Notes: generated from the letters alone by a model not told the origin. Shown: positions 37,982 through 52,931, counted from the first letter of the stretch. The stretch is DNA of 64,000 nucleotides from Octopus sinensis (GCF_006345805.1 NC_043018.1:6510001-6574000), one strand, 5' to 3'. Program-made: numbers and translations.

Positions 37982-38363
37982 CTAAGTACATATGAATATA
38001 TAATACTCTGTGTGTGTGTGTGTGGTGTGTGTGTATATGCACAGACTAACAACAATACATTTACATGAGCAACAGTATATTTGTGTGTGTGTGTGTCTAA
38101 TATATACATACATATATGTGTACATACAATGTATATGTGCAAACAAGCATGCACTCATATGCACATATAATTAATTGTGTGTGCATCTATATATATATCT
38201 ATATCTATATATAGATATATGTATAGACACGCAAACACACACATACCTATGTGTGTGTGTGTGTATATATATATACATATATATATGTATGTGTACGTAT
38301 ATGTACACACATATATATATACACACACATACATATATGCATATACACCTATGTATGTATGTA

Positions 38364-38408
<45 letters not shown>

Positions 38409-38739
38409 AACATGCACACACACACCACACACATACATATATATATATAGACCTGTGTATATATGTATGTATATATATATATGTATGTGTATATATATAA
38501 ATACAATATATATACAATATATATATATATATATTATATATAATATATTTATATGTTATATATACATACCACACGTGTATGTGTGTATGTATATACACAT
38601 ATGTGTATATATATGTGTATGTGTGTATGTGTATACTGTACGCACATATCCAAATATCCAAAAGCAAGTTGGATAACAATAGCCATTGTAGATCTACATT
38701 GTATGTATCTAAGAATTAAGATAGTTTCGACATTTTAAT

Positions 38740-39730
38740 GGGGGGGGGCATGGTGGTGGTGGTGGTAGTGGGGAGATAGCCATGTGTTGCGGGGTGTGTG
38801 GGGGAGGCACTTGTCATTGCATCTTCTTCCCCCACCCCTCCCCCTTCTCCCTTCCTCCACCCACCTGCCATCCCTTCCCCTGTCCCTCCGCTGCATAATG
38901 TCTTCTCTGTTACACTTGACTGATTACTTAACTGCATCTCTCTGTTGCTGCCACCACCACCACCACCACCACCACCTTATCATCGTCATCATCATCATCA
39001 TCATCATCATCGTCGTCGTCGTCGTCGTCATCTCTAACAACATTATTCTCTATAATTTCACTACCTGTACAACATTTAGTATGTTAACACACCAAACCCG
39101 CCCCCACACACCACTGGCACCAGCAGCACCACCACCACAACCACAACCATCACAACAACTACCACCACCACAACAGCCGCTACCACCATCAACCCCATCA
39201 CCACCACCACCACTACCACAGCCACCACCATCACCACCAATACCACCGCCGCAGCCAACTCCATCACCATTATCATCATCATCATCACCATCACCACTAC
39301 CACCGCCGCCGCCACCAACCCCATCGCCATTATCATCATCACCACCATCACCACTACTACCACAGCCACCACCACTACCACCGCCACCACCACCACCACT
39401 ACCACAGCCGCCACCACCACCACCACTGCCACTACACCACCAACCCCATCACCATTATCATCATCATCATCATCACCACCACTACCACCACCACAGTCAC
39501 CACCACCACCACCACCACCACCACACACCCTACCACCACCACCACTACCAAAGACAGCACTGTTGAGATTCCTTTACACATAATTAGCATCATCATTGTC
39601 ATCACAGCTAATGTTATACACACACACACACACACATACACACCACCACCAGCGTCCCCCCCACCAGCGTCCCCCACCACCACCACCACTATCATCATCA
39701 TCATCATCATCCTCCTCATCACCAGCATCA
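38740..39730. repeat. (CAC/CAT)n trinucleotide low-complexity tract
   Basis: Long mixed CAC/CAT/CGT runs that generate the spurious His/Pro/Val-rich ORFs. Confidence 0.9.
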
Positions 39731-40070
39731 CAATTCATGCATGAATGCTTCAGATTTAATTTGGACAAATTTACATTTAAGTCAATAGTGAAGAAGAAGA
39801 GGCTGTGCGTGTGTGTTGTGTGTGTGTGTGTTGGGTAGGGAGTTAGGGGATTATGGGGTTGGGTGGGATTAGGGTGTAGTAGGGGTAAGGGTAGAGCAGG
39901 GGGTGGATGGGGGTGGGGGAGGGGAATAATAGAAAGTGTGGGAAGCAGGAGATGTTGAAAGGTGATAGACACACGCACGCACGCGCGCACACACACATAA
40001 ATGCATACACACATGTGCAATGGAGACATTATATATACATGTGTGAGTGTGTATATACATACATACAGAA

Positions 40071-40102
<32 letters not shown>

Positions 40103-40207
40103 TAATATATATACATATATATATTTCTATATGTGTGCATATATATAATATATATTTACAGAGAGGTAGAATAGACAGACATACAAATACATACATATAT
40201 ATATATA

Positions 40208-40264
<57 letters not shown>

Positions 40265-40518
40265 ATATATATATTAGAGAGAGAGAGAGAAGAGGAGAGA
40301 GAGAGAGACATGTACAATGGAGACTATATATGTGTGTGTGTGTTTGCAAAGACAGACAGATTACATGGAAACAGACGCATGGACTCATATACAGACAAAA
40401 TACACACACACACTCACACACAGTTACATACATACATGTGTGTAGAAAAACACCCAAATCTTCATACATAAAACAACATAATCTTCTACAAAAACAGATA
40501 TTCTATATATATATATAT

Positions 40519-40550
<32 letters not shown>

Positions 40551-42192
40551 TGGGTTGTGTGGTTGTGTGGTAAGTAGCTTGCTTACCAACCACATGGTTC
40601 TGGGTTCAGTCCCACTGCTTGGCGCTTTGGGCAAATGTCTTTTACTATAGCCTCAGGCTGATCAAAGCCTTGTTAGTGGATTTGGTAGACAGAAACCGAA
40701 AGAAGCCCATCGTATATATGTATATATACATGTATGCATGTATATGTTTGTGTCTGTGTTTGTTCCCCCAACATTGCATGACAACCGATGCGGGTGTGTT
40801 TACGTCCCCGTAACTTAGCGGTTGGGCCAAAGACCCCGATAGAATAAGTACTAGGCTTACAAAAAATAAGTCCTGGGGTTGATTTACTCGACTAAAGGCA
40901 GTGCTCCAGCATGGCTAAAGTCAAATGACTGAAACAAGTAAAAGAGTATACACACACACACATATATATATACATATATATATACACACAAAGTAGATAC
41001 AGACTTCTGCATGTATGTATGAATAACTGTATATATATGCATGTGTGTGTAGATATGTGTTTTTCTACTTTTCTATGATTTATTGAGAAGTGGATGCTCC
41101 ACACCCATGGTTCTTTCCAGGGCCATCACTACTGATGGGAGTGGGAAACAGATAAAGATATCCTCATACCAGTATAACAGATAGTTTAATCAATTATAAT
41201 AGGCAGGGAGTTGTTGTCAGTTCAAATTCCGTTGAGGTCGGCTTTGCCTTTCATCCTTTCGGGGTCGATAAGTTAAGTAACAGTTATGCACTGGGGTCGA
41301 TGTAATCGACTTAATCCCTTTGTCTGTCCTTGTTTGTCCCCTCTATGTTTATCCCCTTGTGGGCAATAAAGAGATAAGAGATAAATGCAATGGGCAGACC
41401 TCCATCATCATCATCATTGTTTAGCATCCTCTTTCCGTGCTGGCATGGGTTGGGCAGTTTGCCATGAAGCTGGCTAGCAGGGAGCTGTCCGACTCCAAAT
41501 ATCTGTTGTGACATGGTTTCTATGGCTGGATGCCCTTCCTAATGCCAAACACTTAACAGAGAATGCTGGGTGCTTTGTAAGAGCTGCTGGTATGGTTGCA
41601 TTTATGCAGCACTGACACAGGTGCCCGTTAAGTGGCACCAGAAAATGTATGTAGTAAAGGGCAGGGAGTAGATAAAGTAAGGTAATGAACAACAGGTAGG
41701 TATGGTAATTAGCAACAGGTGGATAAAATTAGCATTGATAATTGGCAGATATGTTGGGTAAGGTATGACAGGTACATACATAGCATGTAAGTCAATTGCA
41801 GATAATCTTCTCTCTTTTACTCATTTTAGTCATTGGGCACTGGCCATGCTGGGGCTCTGCCTAGAAGGGTTTTAGTTGAACTAATCAACTCCAGTACTAA
41901 ATGATTTAAACAAAAAAAAAATGTCCGGTTACTTATCCTATCAGTCTCTTTTGCTGAACTGCTAAGTTATTGGGATGTAAATAGACCCACACTGACAGTC
42001 AAGTGACGGAGGGAAGAAATACAAACACACACACAGACACAAACATACACACATGCACATGCGTGCATGCACACACACACACACACACACACAGAGGTGT
42101 GGCTTTATGGTAAGAAGTTTGCTTTCTGACCATATTATCCTGGATTCAGTCCCACTGCATGTTGAAAGAAGCCTGTTGTATAAGTGTGTGTG

Positions 42193-42229
<37 letters not shown>

Positions 42230-42255
42230 CACACATATATATATATATATATACA

Positions 42256-42328
<73 letters not shown>

Positions 42329-43315
42329 GTATTTATGTATATATCTATGTGTGCCTGTCTTCATGTCTGTGTTTGTCTCCTGCCACTGCTTGACAACTGG
42401 TGTTGGTTTGGTTACATCCCCATATCCTAGCGATCCAGCAAGAGAGGCCGACAGAATAAGTTCCAGGCTTACAAAAATAACCGGGGTCAATTCGTTGAAC
42501 TAAAAATCATTGATGGCAGTGCCCCAGCATGGTCGCAGTCTAACGACCGAAACAAGTGAAGGCCACGTTGTGTTTGTCTGTTAAATACCAAATCTGTTCC
42601 CAAAGCTTTGGTTGAATTGAGACTATAATAAGAAGAGAACTGCTCAAGGTGCCATGCAATGGGATTGAAATCGAAATCTTGTAGATGGGAAGCAAACTTT
42701 TTACCACACAGCCACGCCTGTATCTATTCAGTAAGATTTTATAGTCAAACCTAATTTATGGAAATGGCAAAGACACTCTAAATATAGACGATAGACAGAT
42801 GCAGTAATTAAATTAACGAAGTTAAATGCACAGTGTAAAATACAATAGGCAAACACATAAACCTACATGATAGGCTGATTAGCTCCATAAAATGTAGTTG
42901 TCAGACTGACCAACAATGAGCCTCTTTGTTGCGGTCTGAGCTGCTAGAAATAACAGCCAAATCTATTTCAAATCTCACCTTGCGAGCTTGTGTTTAAATA
43001 ATGCCCTAGTAATAATGTGCACTGAGTTTGAGGAAAACGACTGGATCGGAGTGATGGAAAGGAACACTTTTGATCGTTGGTTTATTCAGTGAGGCCCTGA
43101 CTGAGGGTTAATCAACAGCGATAGGTGGGCAGGATAAACATTAGGTGATGGAAACATTGTGAAGGGAAGGTGACTGAGAAATGGAAAGATTAAGAGACAC
43201 AGAGACCTGTAGATGATTGATAGAAAGACTAAGAGATACATGGGCCCCATCATCATCACCATCATCATTGTCATTGTCATCACCATCACTGCTATCCTCC
43301 TCCTCCTCCTCCTCC

Positions 43316-43371
<56 letters not shown>

Positions 43372-44893
43372 TCCTACGCAAAATACTTTCTATGTAATCT
43401 CAAGTTTTAAAACAAACATAATTTTCGTATGTTTTTTTTTAGACATTCACTAGTACAACACTAAAAAAACCCCCCCAAATATATGGCACACTAGGCATAA
43501 CAACAACATGAACTTCCAACCTGTTCTCTCTTGAGGTCTCTGGGTGAGATTTGGAGCCAACTTGTACAAATATAAAGCAAACCACACATAGAATAATAAT
43601 AATAATAATAATAATAATAACGCTGATGATGATGATGATGATGATGTCCCCTTTTCCATGCTTGCACGGGATTGGATAAAATTTGTTGAGATGGACTCTC
43701 CATGGCTGGATGCCCTTTCTGTTGCCAACCCTCACCTGTTTCCAAGTAAGGTAATATTTCCACCTTCCCCATGTCCACACATGTTCTCACAGAAGACTGG
43801 GAACAAACGACACCACTTCCATGACAGTGACACTCACTTACAACAACCACATGGAAAGGAGACAGTAACGCACACACATGCATGTGCGCGTGTGCACACA
43901 CACACGTGTTTGTGTGTGCATGCGTGAATCTCTTTACTCTCTTTTACTTGTTTCAGCCATTTGACTGTGGCCATGCTGGAGTACCACCTTTAATCGAGCA
44001 ACTCGACCCCAGGACTTATTCTTTTGTAAGCCCAGTGCTTATTCTGTCGGTCTCTTTTGCCGAACCGCTAAGTAACGGGGACATAAACACACCAGCATCG
44101 GTTGTCAAGCAATGCTAGGGGGACAAACACAGACACACAAACATACACATGCATATATATATATCGTCAACATCATCATCATCGTTTAGCGTCTGCTTTC
44201 CATGCTGGCATGGGTTGGACGGTTCGACCGGGTCTGGGAAGCCAGGAGGCTGCACCAGGCCCAGTCTGATCTGGCAGTGTTTCTACAGCTGGATGCCCTT
44301 CCTAATGTCAACCACTCCATGAGTGTAGTGGGTGCTTTTTATGTGCCACCGGCACAGGTGCCAGACGAGGCTGGCAAACGGCCATGATCGGATGGTGCTT
44401 TTTACGTGCCATATATACATATATACGATGGGCTTCTTTCAGTTTCCGTCTTTCAGTTTCACTCACAAGGCTTTGGTCGGCCCGAGGCTATAGTAGAAGA
44501 CACTTGCCCAAGGTGCCATGCAGTGGGACTGAACCCGGACCATGTGATTGGTAAGCAAGCTACTAACCACACAGCCACTCCTGTGCCTATGAATGTATGT
44601 TTTCATCTCCTAAATCCTTTCACAAAGCTTTTATCAGACTGGAGCTGTAGCAGAAGACACTTGGCCATGGTGCCACACAGTGGAACTGAACATGGAACCA
44701 TGTGGTTGGCAAGCACATTTCTCACCATAGAAGGACAAAGAGATAGAGGAAGCTGGAGATGATAAATAGAAAGAGTAAGAAACGGATGAACTTACAACCC
44801 TTTTGGCAAAATATTCCGCAACCTGTCAACACATTCTGTTGTGATAATATCGTCTGGTAAGAGATATCATGGGAAACAAATATCTATTTGCAG

Positions 44894-44982
44894 TTTATTG
44901 GCACCAATATTCCTCAAGGAACAATTCCTGGAAGTGAAAGCAGATGACAGTCTCAGAACTGAAGAATTTCAAGAGAAACAAG
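44894..44982 (+). CDS. Candidate 89-nt internal exon (LLAPIFLKEQFLEVKADDSLRTEEFQEKQ)
   Basis: TATTTGCAG| ... AAG|GTAAAT. Only one frame is open, and it is phase-compatible with the donor at 37066. Confidence 0.3.
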
Positions 44983-45105
44983 GTAAATATTTTGATAAAA
45001 ATTTTCACATAAAGCAAAACTTTAAAAAAATGTATGACTCCATCTTTCTTGTTTTCTCTCTCTCTTTCTCTAATTCTCTCCTGTAGGTGCTTATGTTTAT
45101 GTTTA

Positions 45106-45139
<34 letters not shown>

Positions 45140-48100
45140 TGCATGCACACATACATGTGCATGCACACACACAAAACCACACATATTCATACATATGCAT
45201 GTATGTCTACCTATTTATCTATCTATCTGTCTGTCTGTCTGTCTCTCTGCTGTATGTATGTTTGCATGTATGTATGTATGTATGTAAGTATGTATGTAAG
45301 TATGCATGTATATATGTATCTATTTGTATGTATGTATACTTACATGAATCTATCTGTATATATGCATGCATGTTTGTAAGCAGGCATCTATATATGTATA
45401 TATCTATATGTATGCATGTATGTATCAGTATGCATGCATATCTGTATCTATCAATCTATATCTCTATATGTATGCATGTATGTATGTATGTATGTATCTA
45501 TGTATTTATGTCAGGTCACTTTCGAGTGCTACTGGTAACATGTAACCCAGTACAACCTGTTGCATGGTTGGGTCACCGGTGACTAAACCGGCAACCCCAC
45601 CAAGTTTTATTGGACACCCTGCGGGATGAAAAACAAAACCCATCAAAGGGCGGAGGAACTCTTGAGAGTCAACGGCCATCCAATAAATGTCTTAAAGTTG
45701 TATCATGCACGGGGACATAGAAATAATCGGACTGAATACCCGATCGCACGGTTAAACCATTGGGAGTGAAGGACTCCTAGCCTTTGTTAGGGCATCTTTC
45801 TAGGAAAAGGTAATTCAGGTAACTGGGATAACTCCGACATAAAACCTGCGGCTCAGTGGTTCCCGATGCTGCTGACTTGTTCTTCTTTTCAGATTATGGC
45901 TGCTGTTGCTTAGTGAGTGGGATTGACTCAGTGCACAGCCTTTCCTCACTTTAAAAAAAAAAATCTTCTTGCACAGGCATTGCATGATAACAACATTGAT
46001 TAAGCTTTGTGCAATGGCCATACTCGATAACGAGGGGGCAGCCACCATGTATGTATGTATGTATGTGTGTGTGTGTGTGTCTGTCTGTCTGTCTGCCTAT
46101 ACACACACATTCTGGCAGAATCGTTAGCACGCCGGGCGAAATGCGTAAGCGTATTTCGTCTGCCATTACGTTCTGAGTTCAAATTCTGCCGAGGTCGACT
46201 TTGCCTTTCATCCGTTCGGGGTCGATAAATAAAGTACCAGTTTCGCACTGGGGTTGATGTAATCGACTTAATCCCTTTGTCTGTCCTTATATGTCCTCTC
46301 TGTGTTTAGCCCCTTGTGGGCAGTAAAGAAATATATACACACACATATACATACATACAACTACATATATCTATATGTATCCCTATGTGTACAGATACAC
46401 ACACACATACCTACAGTGCTGCTTAAGACTTACACTGGATAACCGGACAATTCACTTAATTGCATAACATTTCAAACCACGACCCTCTACCATTTAACAT
46501 CTAAATATTAAATCTATGCAAAAGTGCCTGATTGATTAAAGATGCAAATGAAGTCAATTTCGTTTATTAGCATAATAATTTTTCATGATTTTGAGTAAAA
46601 CAAAAATTAATTAATTGGTGAAAAGCAGCATAAAAAAACTGAACATTCGTTTTGATGTATAATGAATAAAATATTTCTGGAAGTTTCTGTTTCCATGGTC
46701 AGTTAAAAACAAAGTTATTTCTACTCTCATATTTACTAACAACTGATGTCAAAAGAGTTTGTTCTGGAGTATTTTTTAAAATTTGTTTTTCATGTTTGAT
46801 AAAATGCTTCTATTACTAAAACTTCGTTGGAGATAGAATTGCAGACAGACTGCTAGCTGTGTGGTTAAGAAGTTTGCTTTGTAACTGTATGATTTTGGGT
46901 TCGATCCCACTGTGTGGTACACTGGGCAAGTGTTTTTTTTTTGCTGTGGTTCTGGGTCAACTGATGCCTTGAGAGTGAATTTTGTGGTTGGAAACCAGGT
47001 GGATGCCCATTGTGTAAAAAAAGCACCTGTTGGTGCCATATAAAAGGCACCTGTGCTGGTGTCACGTTAAAAGCACCTGGTACACTCTGTAAAGTAGTTG
47101 GTGTTAGGAAGGGCATCCAGCTGAAGAAATCATGCCAAAACAAGTAACTCTCCAGCTTGCCAGCTTCTGTCAAACTGTTCAACCCAAGCCAGCATGGAAA
47201 ACAGATGTAAAAAAAAAAAATAATAATAAAAATAATCATCATCATCATCATCATCAAACATCCATTTTCCATGCTAGCATGGGTTGGGTGGTTTGACTGG
47301 AAGAGGCAAACCAAGAAGCTGCACCAGGTTCCAGTCTGATTTGGCATCGTTTCTATGACCAGATGCCCTTCCTAACACCAACCACTCCGAGCATGTAATG
47401 GGTACCTTTTTATGTGCCACCAGCATCAGCTATGATAATGATTTTACTTGGATTGATAAGTCTTCTCAAGCACAACATATCACCAAAGGTCTTGGTTACT
47501 TGTCATCACCACATAGTGCAATATATGGATTCATAGAATCATGTGGCTATCACAGAAAGCTCCTCCAGTGGACCTGGCTACCAGGCCACATAATAATCTA
47601 ATACAGGGAAGTATAATGCAGAGTTGCATGCAGTAGAAATCCAGATCAGAGCAATGAAATTATTTCATATTTCTTTACTGCCCACAAGGGGCGACATACA
47701 AAGGGGACATAAAGGACAGACAAACGGATTAAGTCGAGTACATTGACCCCAGTGCGTAAATGGTACTTATTTAATTGGCCCCGAAAGAATGAAAGGCAAA
47801 GGTTGACCCCATTGGAATTTGAACTCAGAACGTAGCGGCAGACGAAATACCACTAAGCATTTCGCCTGGCATGCTAATGTTTCTGCCAGCTCAGCGCCTT
47901 TCATGAAGTGTATATAAAGAAACCATAAGTCCAGAAGTATGAGTGGTGAATATATTTATTTAACTATTTATCGTCCTTAGGATTACAGCTGTTTCATAAC
48001 CTGCATCATGTAATAATAATTTCAGTGTTTTAAATTATGTTTACATTTCTTGCCAAAATATGCATACTATGCATTATATAATACAATTGTATATTTACAA

Positions 48101-48384
48101 ATCAGTGCAGATGAAGAGTTGAAGTATGACGTTCTGGTGATCTGATGAGCTAGCCTTTTTTATCTGCACTGATTTATGAATATACAATCATATATTTTCA
48201 AATCAATAATTGTCCTCAGTTGCAATTTTTCAAGGCCATCTTAAGAGTGCCATTGTATCATTTCTGGGTTTTCAATGTGACTGAGGACCAACTGCTACTT
48301 TAGCATAAGAAAGGGCAATGAGAATGTTGATCATGGTTTGAAATTGAACACGGAATAAAAGGATAACCAAAATAAATATTACCC

Positions 48385-49446
48385 AAAAGAAAGAGCAGCA
48401 TTGGTGTCAAACCTGCTGGGAATTGAACCTGGGTAAGATAACTAAACTAGATTTTGCATAGATGCAACAGTAAAGGTGATGTTGGCGCTGATGGGAACTG
48501 AACCCTAGACAGTCATCATCATCATCATCGTTTAACATCCGTTTTCCGTGCTAGCACGGGTTAGATGGTTTGACCGGGGTCTGGGAAGCCAGGAGGCTGC
48601 ACCAGGCTTCAGTCTGATCTGGCAATGTTTCCACAGCTGAATGCCCTTCCTAATGCCAACCACTCCGTGAGTGTAGTGGGTGCTTTTTACATGCCACCGG
48701 CACAGGTGCCAGTCAAGGCGGCGCTGGCATCAGCCACGTTCGGATGGTGCTTTTTACGTGCCACTGGCACAGAAGCCAGTCAGGGTGGCGCTGGCATCGG
48801 CCACGTTCGGATGGTGCTTTTTATGTGCCACCGGCACAGGTATCACAACTACTATTTCCATTTGATATTTATTTCGATGTTCATGTACTTGACTTAATAA
48901 GTCTCCTCAAGCACAGCAGGTTGTTCTGAAATCCAAGGTACTTTGAATAGGCTGGGGCTATGCGGAACTGGTGCAGGAAGCAGCCCGGGTCTTTGCAGTC
49001 ACAGCATATCTCCAGAGATCTCGGTCCTTCATCATTGCCTCTGTGAGGCCCACAAAAGAAAGAGAAATGCTGATGTTGACTTGGTTGGGAATTGAACACT
49101 GGACAGTGAGGTAACTGAGCTAAATATTACATAGAAGAAAGAAAAATACTGATGTTGGCTTGTGTAGGAATTGAACCCTGAACATTTTGGTGACTAAACT
49201 AGATACTGCACAGAAGAAAGAAAAATGTTAATGTTGGCTCTGGTGGGAGCTGAAGCTTCAACAGAAGTAACCAAGTTAGATATTACATGAAAGAAAAAAA
49301 ACGTTGATGTGGGCTCTGATGGGAATTGAAACCTGGGCAGTGTGATACCTAAATTTGATACTTCACAGAGAAAGAAAAATGTTGGTGTTGGATCTGGTGG
49401 GAGTTGAACCTAGGGCAACATGATAACCAAGCTACATGCCACATAG
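48385..49446 (-). repeat. Tandem array of ~78-bp tRNA-like units interrupted by a dispersed-repeat insertion
   Basis: Five units at 49055-49446 (period 76-80) and about two at 48385-48510. Each reads A-box-like TAG(C/T)T(C/T)(A/G)GT, B-box GGTTCAATTCC, then a T-rich tract on the minus strand. Confidence 0.8.
48512..49040 (+). mobile_element. Abundant dispersed repeat starting with (CAT)n
   Basis: CATCATCGTTTAAC..CCG.TTTCC.TGCTAGCA.GGGTT...GCTGGATGCCCTTCCTAA. Copies at ~13150-13545(-), 31660-31850(-), 44165-44410, 47245-47450, 52320-52545(-) and 58330-58710. Confidence 0.8.
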
Positions 49447-49680
49447 TCTCTCATCCGTCAGTGTTGACAGAAATATTATGATACAATTCCCCAGGACATG
49501 TCTAATTAACACGGAGACATCTTTAATTAGAGTTGTCTTAATTAATTATTATGTGTTTATTATTTAGTACTCACTTATACCTTCACATACTAACATATAT
49601 ACTTGCATACATATATATGTACACACATATACATACATACACACATATATATATATATATATACGTATCTATATATACGC

Positions 49681-49712
<32 letters not shown>

Positions 49713-49782
49713 ATATATATATACATACATATATATGTACACACACACACATATACATACATAACATGTATATACTTATATG

Positions 49783-49839
<57 letters not shown>

Positions 49840-51689
49840 ATAATATTATACCTATGTATGTACATATATATATACCTATATAGGTATATATAATATATAT
49901 ACCTATATATGTACATATATATGTATATATATACATGTATGTATATATATATGTATATATATATATTATATATATATATATATATACACATATATATATA
50001 GATAGATATATGAATATAACTTGTGTGTCTGTGATTATATTATATATATATATATGTATGTATGTATATGTGTTTGAGAAAAAGAAAGATTTTGTGGAAA
50101 ATATGTCTGTGAGAGTGAGAGCAGATGTGTGCATGTGTGTGAAATAGAGAGTGTGTGCGTGTCTGTCTCTGTGTGTCCATGAGTGCATGCATTTGTGTTT
50201 GTGAAGTGTCCTGTCTGCTGAAATGCAACACAAACACTAACACACACAGAGACACAAACACACGCGTACACACACAAGCACACATGCCTGCATACACACA
50301 CATAATAGAACAGTCACATACATTCTTATAAAACTTCTGTCCCTCTTTAATATAAACATACTCATACACTTACACACACACAAACACATTTTTGTGCATA
50401 AATGTGTGATGAATTGTATGTCTGCAGAATAACAGAAAACCCACATACATACATACATACATTACATACATGCACACATGTACATAAAAACAGGCACATA
50501 CACACACACACACACGTTGACTAGAATTTTTGTTTTATTTTATTAGTTAGTCAAGGGGAAGAAGAGAAGAAGGAGGACGAGGAGGAGTAAGAGGGGGAAG
50601 CAGTACCCACGACCTTTCCAACTAAATATCAACATAGACTAATGTCGAAAGTTCTAAGACATTGTTAATTTGATAGCTAAGTATTGGCTACAAAAATACA
50701 TGCACACACACACAAACACATTTATGTACAGGGACACACAAACACATAAACAGACAGGCGACACACACACACACACATATATGTATATATATATATCCTT
50801 ATTTAAGTACACATATATATTCATAAGAAGGAAACTCATATATTAAAGACAGATATATGTGTGCAAGAAAATTTTTCTCTATGATATATGTGAAGCTATA
50901 CGTAGCATTAAAAAGTGTGTTTACTGATGATGAGCACTCGGCTTTGGTATGAACATTATTAATGTGTGAGACTTTTTATTAGTTGGTCAGAAGGAGATGA
51001 GGAGAGACAGTGGAACCTTGGTGCTGATGGCTTTGACCTTTGTATGAGTCAATCCAGACTGGTTAATATTGATGTGGTGGTCGGTTGAACTATCTGCAGG
51101 TTGACATATAGACATGAGAATTGGTAGAAATGTTAGAGTGTTGGATAGGAGTATATTTTGTGGTATTTATCATGATGCTGTGAGATTCAGAAGTTCAAAT
51201 CCTACTGCGATCAACTTTGCTCTTCAAATAGCAATAACAGAATGGTGAAATTGCAGAACTGGGAGAATATTGGATCGGATGTTTTGTGGTATTTGTTTTG
51301 ACTCTTTGTATCATCATGATCACGATCATCATCGTTGTCATCATGATCATCATCGTTGTCATCATCATCATCATCACCGTCAGTCACCACCAATTGTCTC
51401 TACCATATCACCACCACCACCACCACCAGCAGAAGCACCATCACCATCAGCACTATCTACCATCACTACCACCAGCACCATCACACCACCACCAGTCCAT
51501 CAGGTTTGAAGTACCATAGATTGAATCTACATAATTCTAAGTCAGGAATTTTGCAGCCCCCCTTGTACTTGGAACTAGGTGGGCTATGTCATCTTTTAGT
51601 TACTTACTTAGATCTAATGACTGTGGACTCACCATCACCACCACCACAACCACTGCTGCCCCAATGTGGGAGTCCTAGGAAAGGGAAGA

Positions 51690-52225
51690 AATGCTATTGC
51701 TATTTAGCCCCAGGAAACACTGTCTCCAGTTGGCTATGTGACACAAGCGTTCTGTGTCCTTAAGTTTTCAAACAGGGGAGATAAGCACCTTCACCCAGCA
51801 AAGCCAGCAACCAGAGGCTTGTTTCAGAGTCATTGCTCATCATCAGTCTGGAGTAGCATGGCTTGCTAGCTGTCAATGCTTATTCACCTTTGCCACATTA
51901 AGTTGGCAAAAACCATCACTTTATCGTGCTGCTACTGTATAAGTCTCTCTGAGAGATTTAGAAATGCATTATTTCTAATTTTGTAGAACAGTGAATTTAT
52001 TTCACTTGAAATTCTATGTTTTCAAAGCTGAATAAGCACTGACAGCTAGTTAGCCAAGCTACTCCAGACTGATGAAGAGCAATGATTCAGAAACTAGTCT
52101 CTGCATGGTGGCTTTGCTGGGTGGAGGTGCTTATCTCCCATTTGAAAACTTAAGGACATAGAACGCTTGTGTCACATAGCCAACTGGAAACGGTATTTCC
52201 TGGAGTTAAATAGCAGTAGCATTCC
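51690..52225. mobile_element. Fold-back with ~200-bp arms, each carrying a hammerhead motif (Penelope-type inverted pLTR inferred)
   Basis: TATTTAGCCCCAGGAAAC...TCATCAGTCTGGAGTAGC...GCTTATTCA is mirrored by GAATAAGCACTGACAGC...CTGATGA...TTCCTGGAGTTAAATAGC. Confidence 0.85.
52065..52103 (+). ncRNA. Minimal type-I hammerhead (intact core, GUC triplet, palindromic stem III)
   Basis: CAGA-CTGATGA-A-GAG(CAATGA)TTC-A-GAAA-CTAG-TC-TCTG. The mirror copy at 51811-51851(-) is CCAGA-CTGATGA-TGAG(CAATGA)CTCT-GAAA-CAAG-CC-TCTGG, with a mutated cleavage site. Confidence 0.75.
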
Positions 52226-52931
52226 TCCCTTTCCTGGAACTGCCACATTAAGTTGGAAACACACCATCACTATATATATATATATATACATACAACATAC
52301 ATACATATATATAGATCCAACTGATCGTGGCCGCTGCCAGCCTCCCCTGGCACCTGTGCTGGTGGCACGTAAAAAGCACCCACTCACTCACGGAGTGGTT
52401 GGCGTTAGGAAGGGCATCCAGCTGTAGAAACATTGCCAGATCAGATTGGAGCCTGGTGCAGCCTTCTGGCTTCCCAGACCCCGGTCAAACCGTCCAGCCT
52501 GTGCTAGCACGGAAAATGGACGTTAAACGATGACAATGATGATGATATATTATAGGCACAGGAGTGGCTGTGTGGTAAGTAGCTTGCTTACCAACCACAT
52601 GGTTCTGAGTTCAGTCCCACTGCTTGGCACCTTTGGCAAGTGTCTTCTACAATAAACTCAAGCCAACCAAAGCCTTGTGAGTGGATTTGGTAGATGGAAA
52701 CTGAAAGAAGCCTGTCATATATATATGTGTGTGTGTGTGTGTTTCTCCCCACCCCCAACATCGCTTGACAACCAATGCTGGTGTGTTTACATCCCCATAA
52801 CTTAGCAGTTTGGCAAAAGAGACCGATAGAATAAGTACTAGGCTTCCAAAGAATAAGTCCTGGGGTCGATTTGTTTGACTAAAGGCAGTGCTCCAGCATG
52901 GCCACAGTTAAATGACTAAAAGAATAAAAGA

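Noticed and set aside
38784-39566. 260-aa Pro/His-rich ORF
   Set aside because: Product of a CAC/CAT trinucleotide tract; other frames and the opposite strand are equally open.
47965-48005. GAAACAGCTGTA on the minus strand, as in hammerhead family B
   Set aside because: The core and stem I are too decayed to assign.
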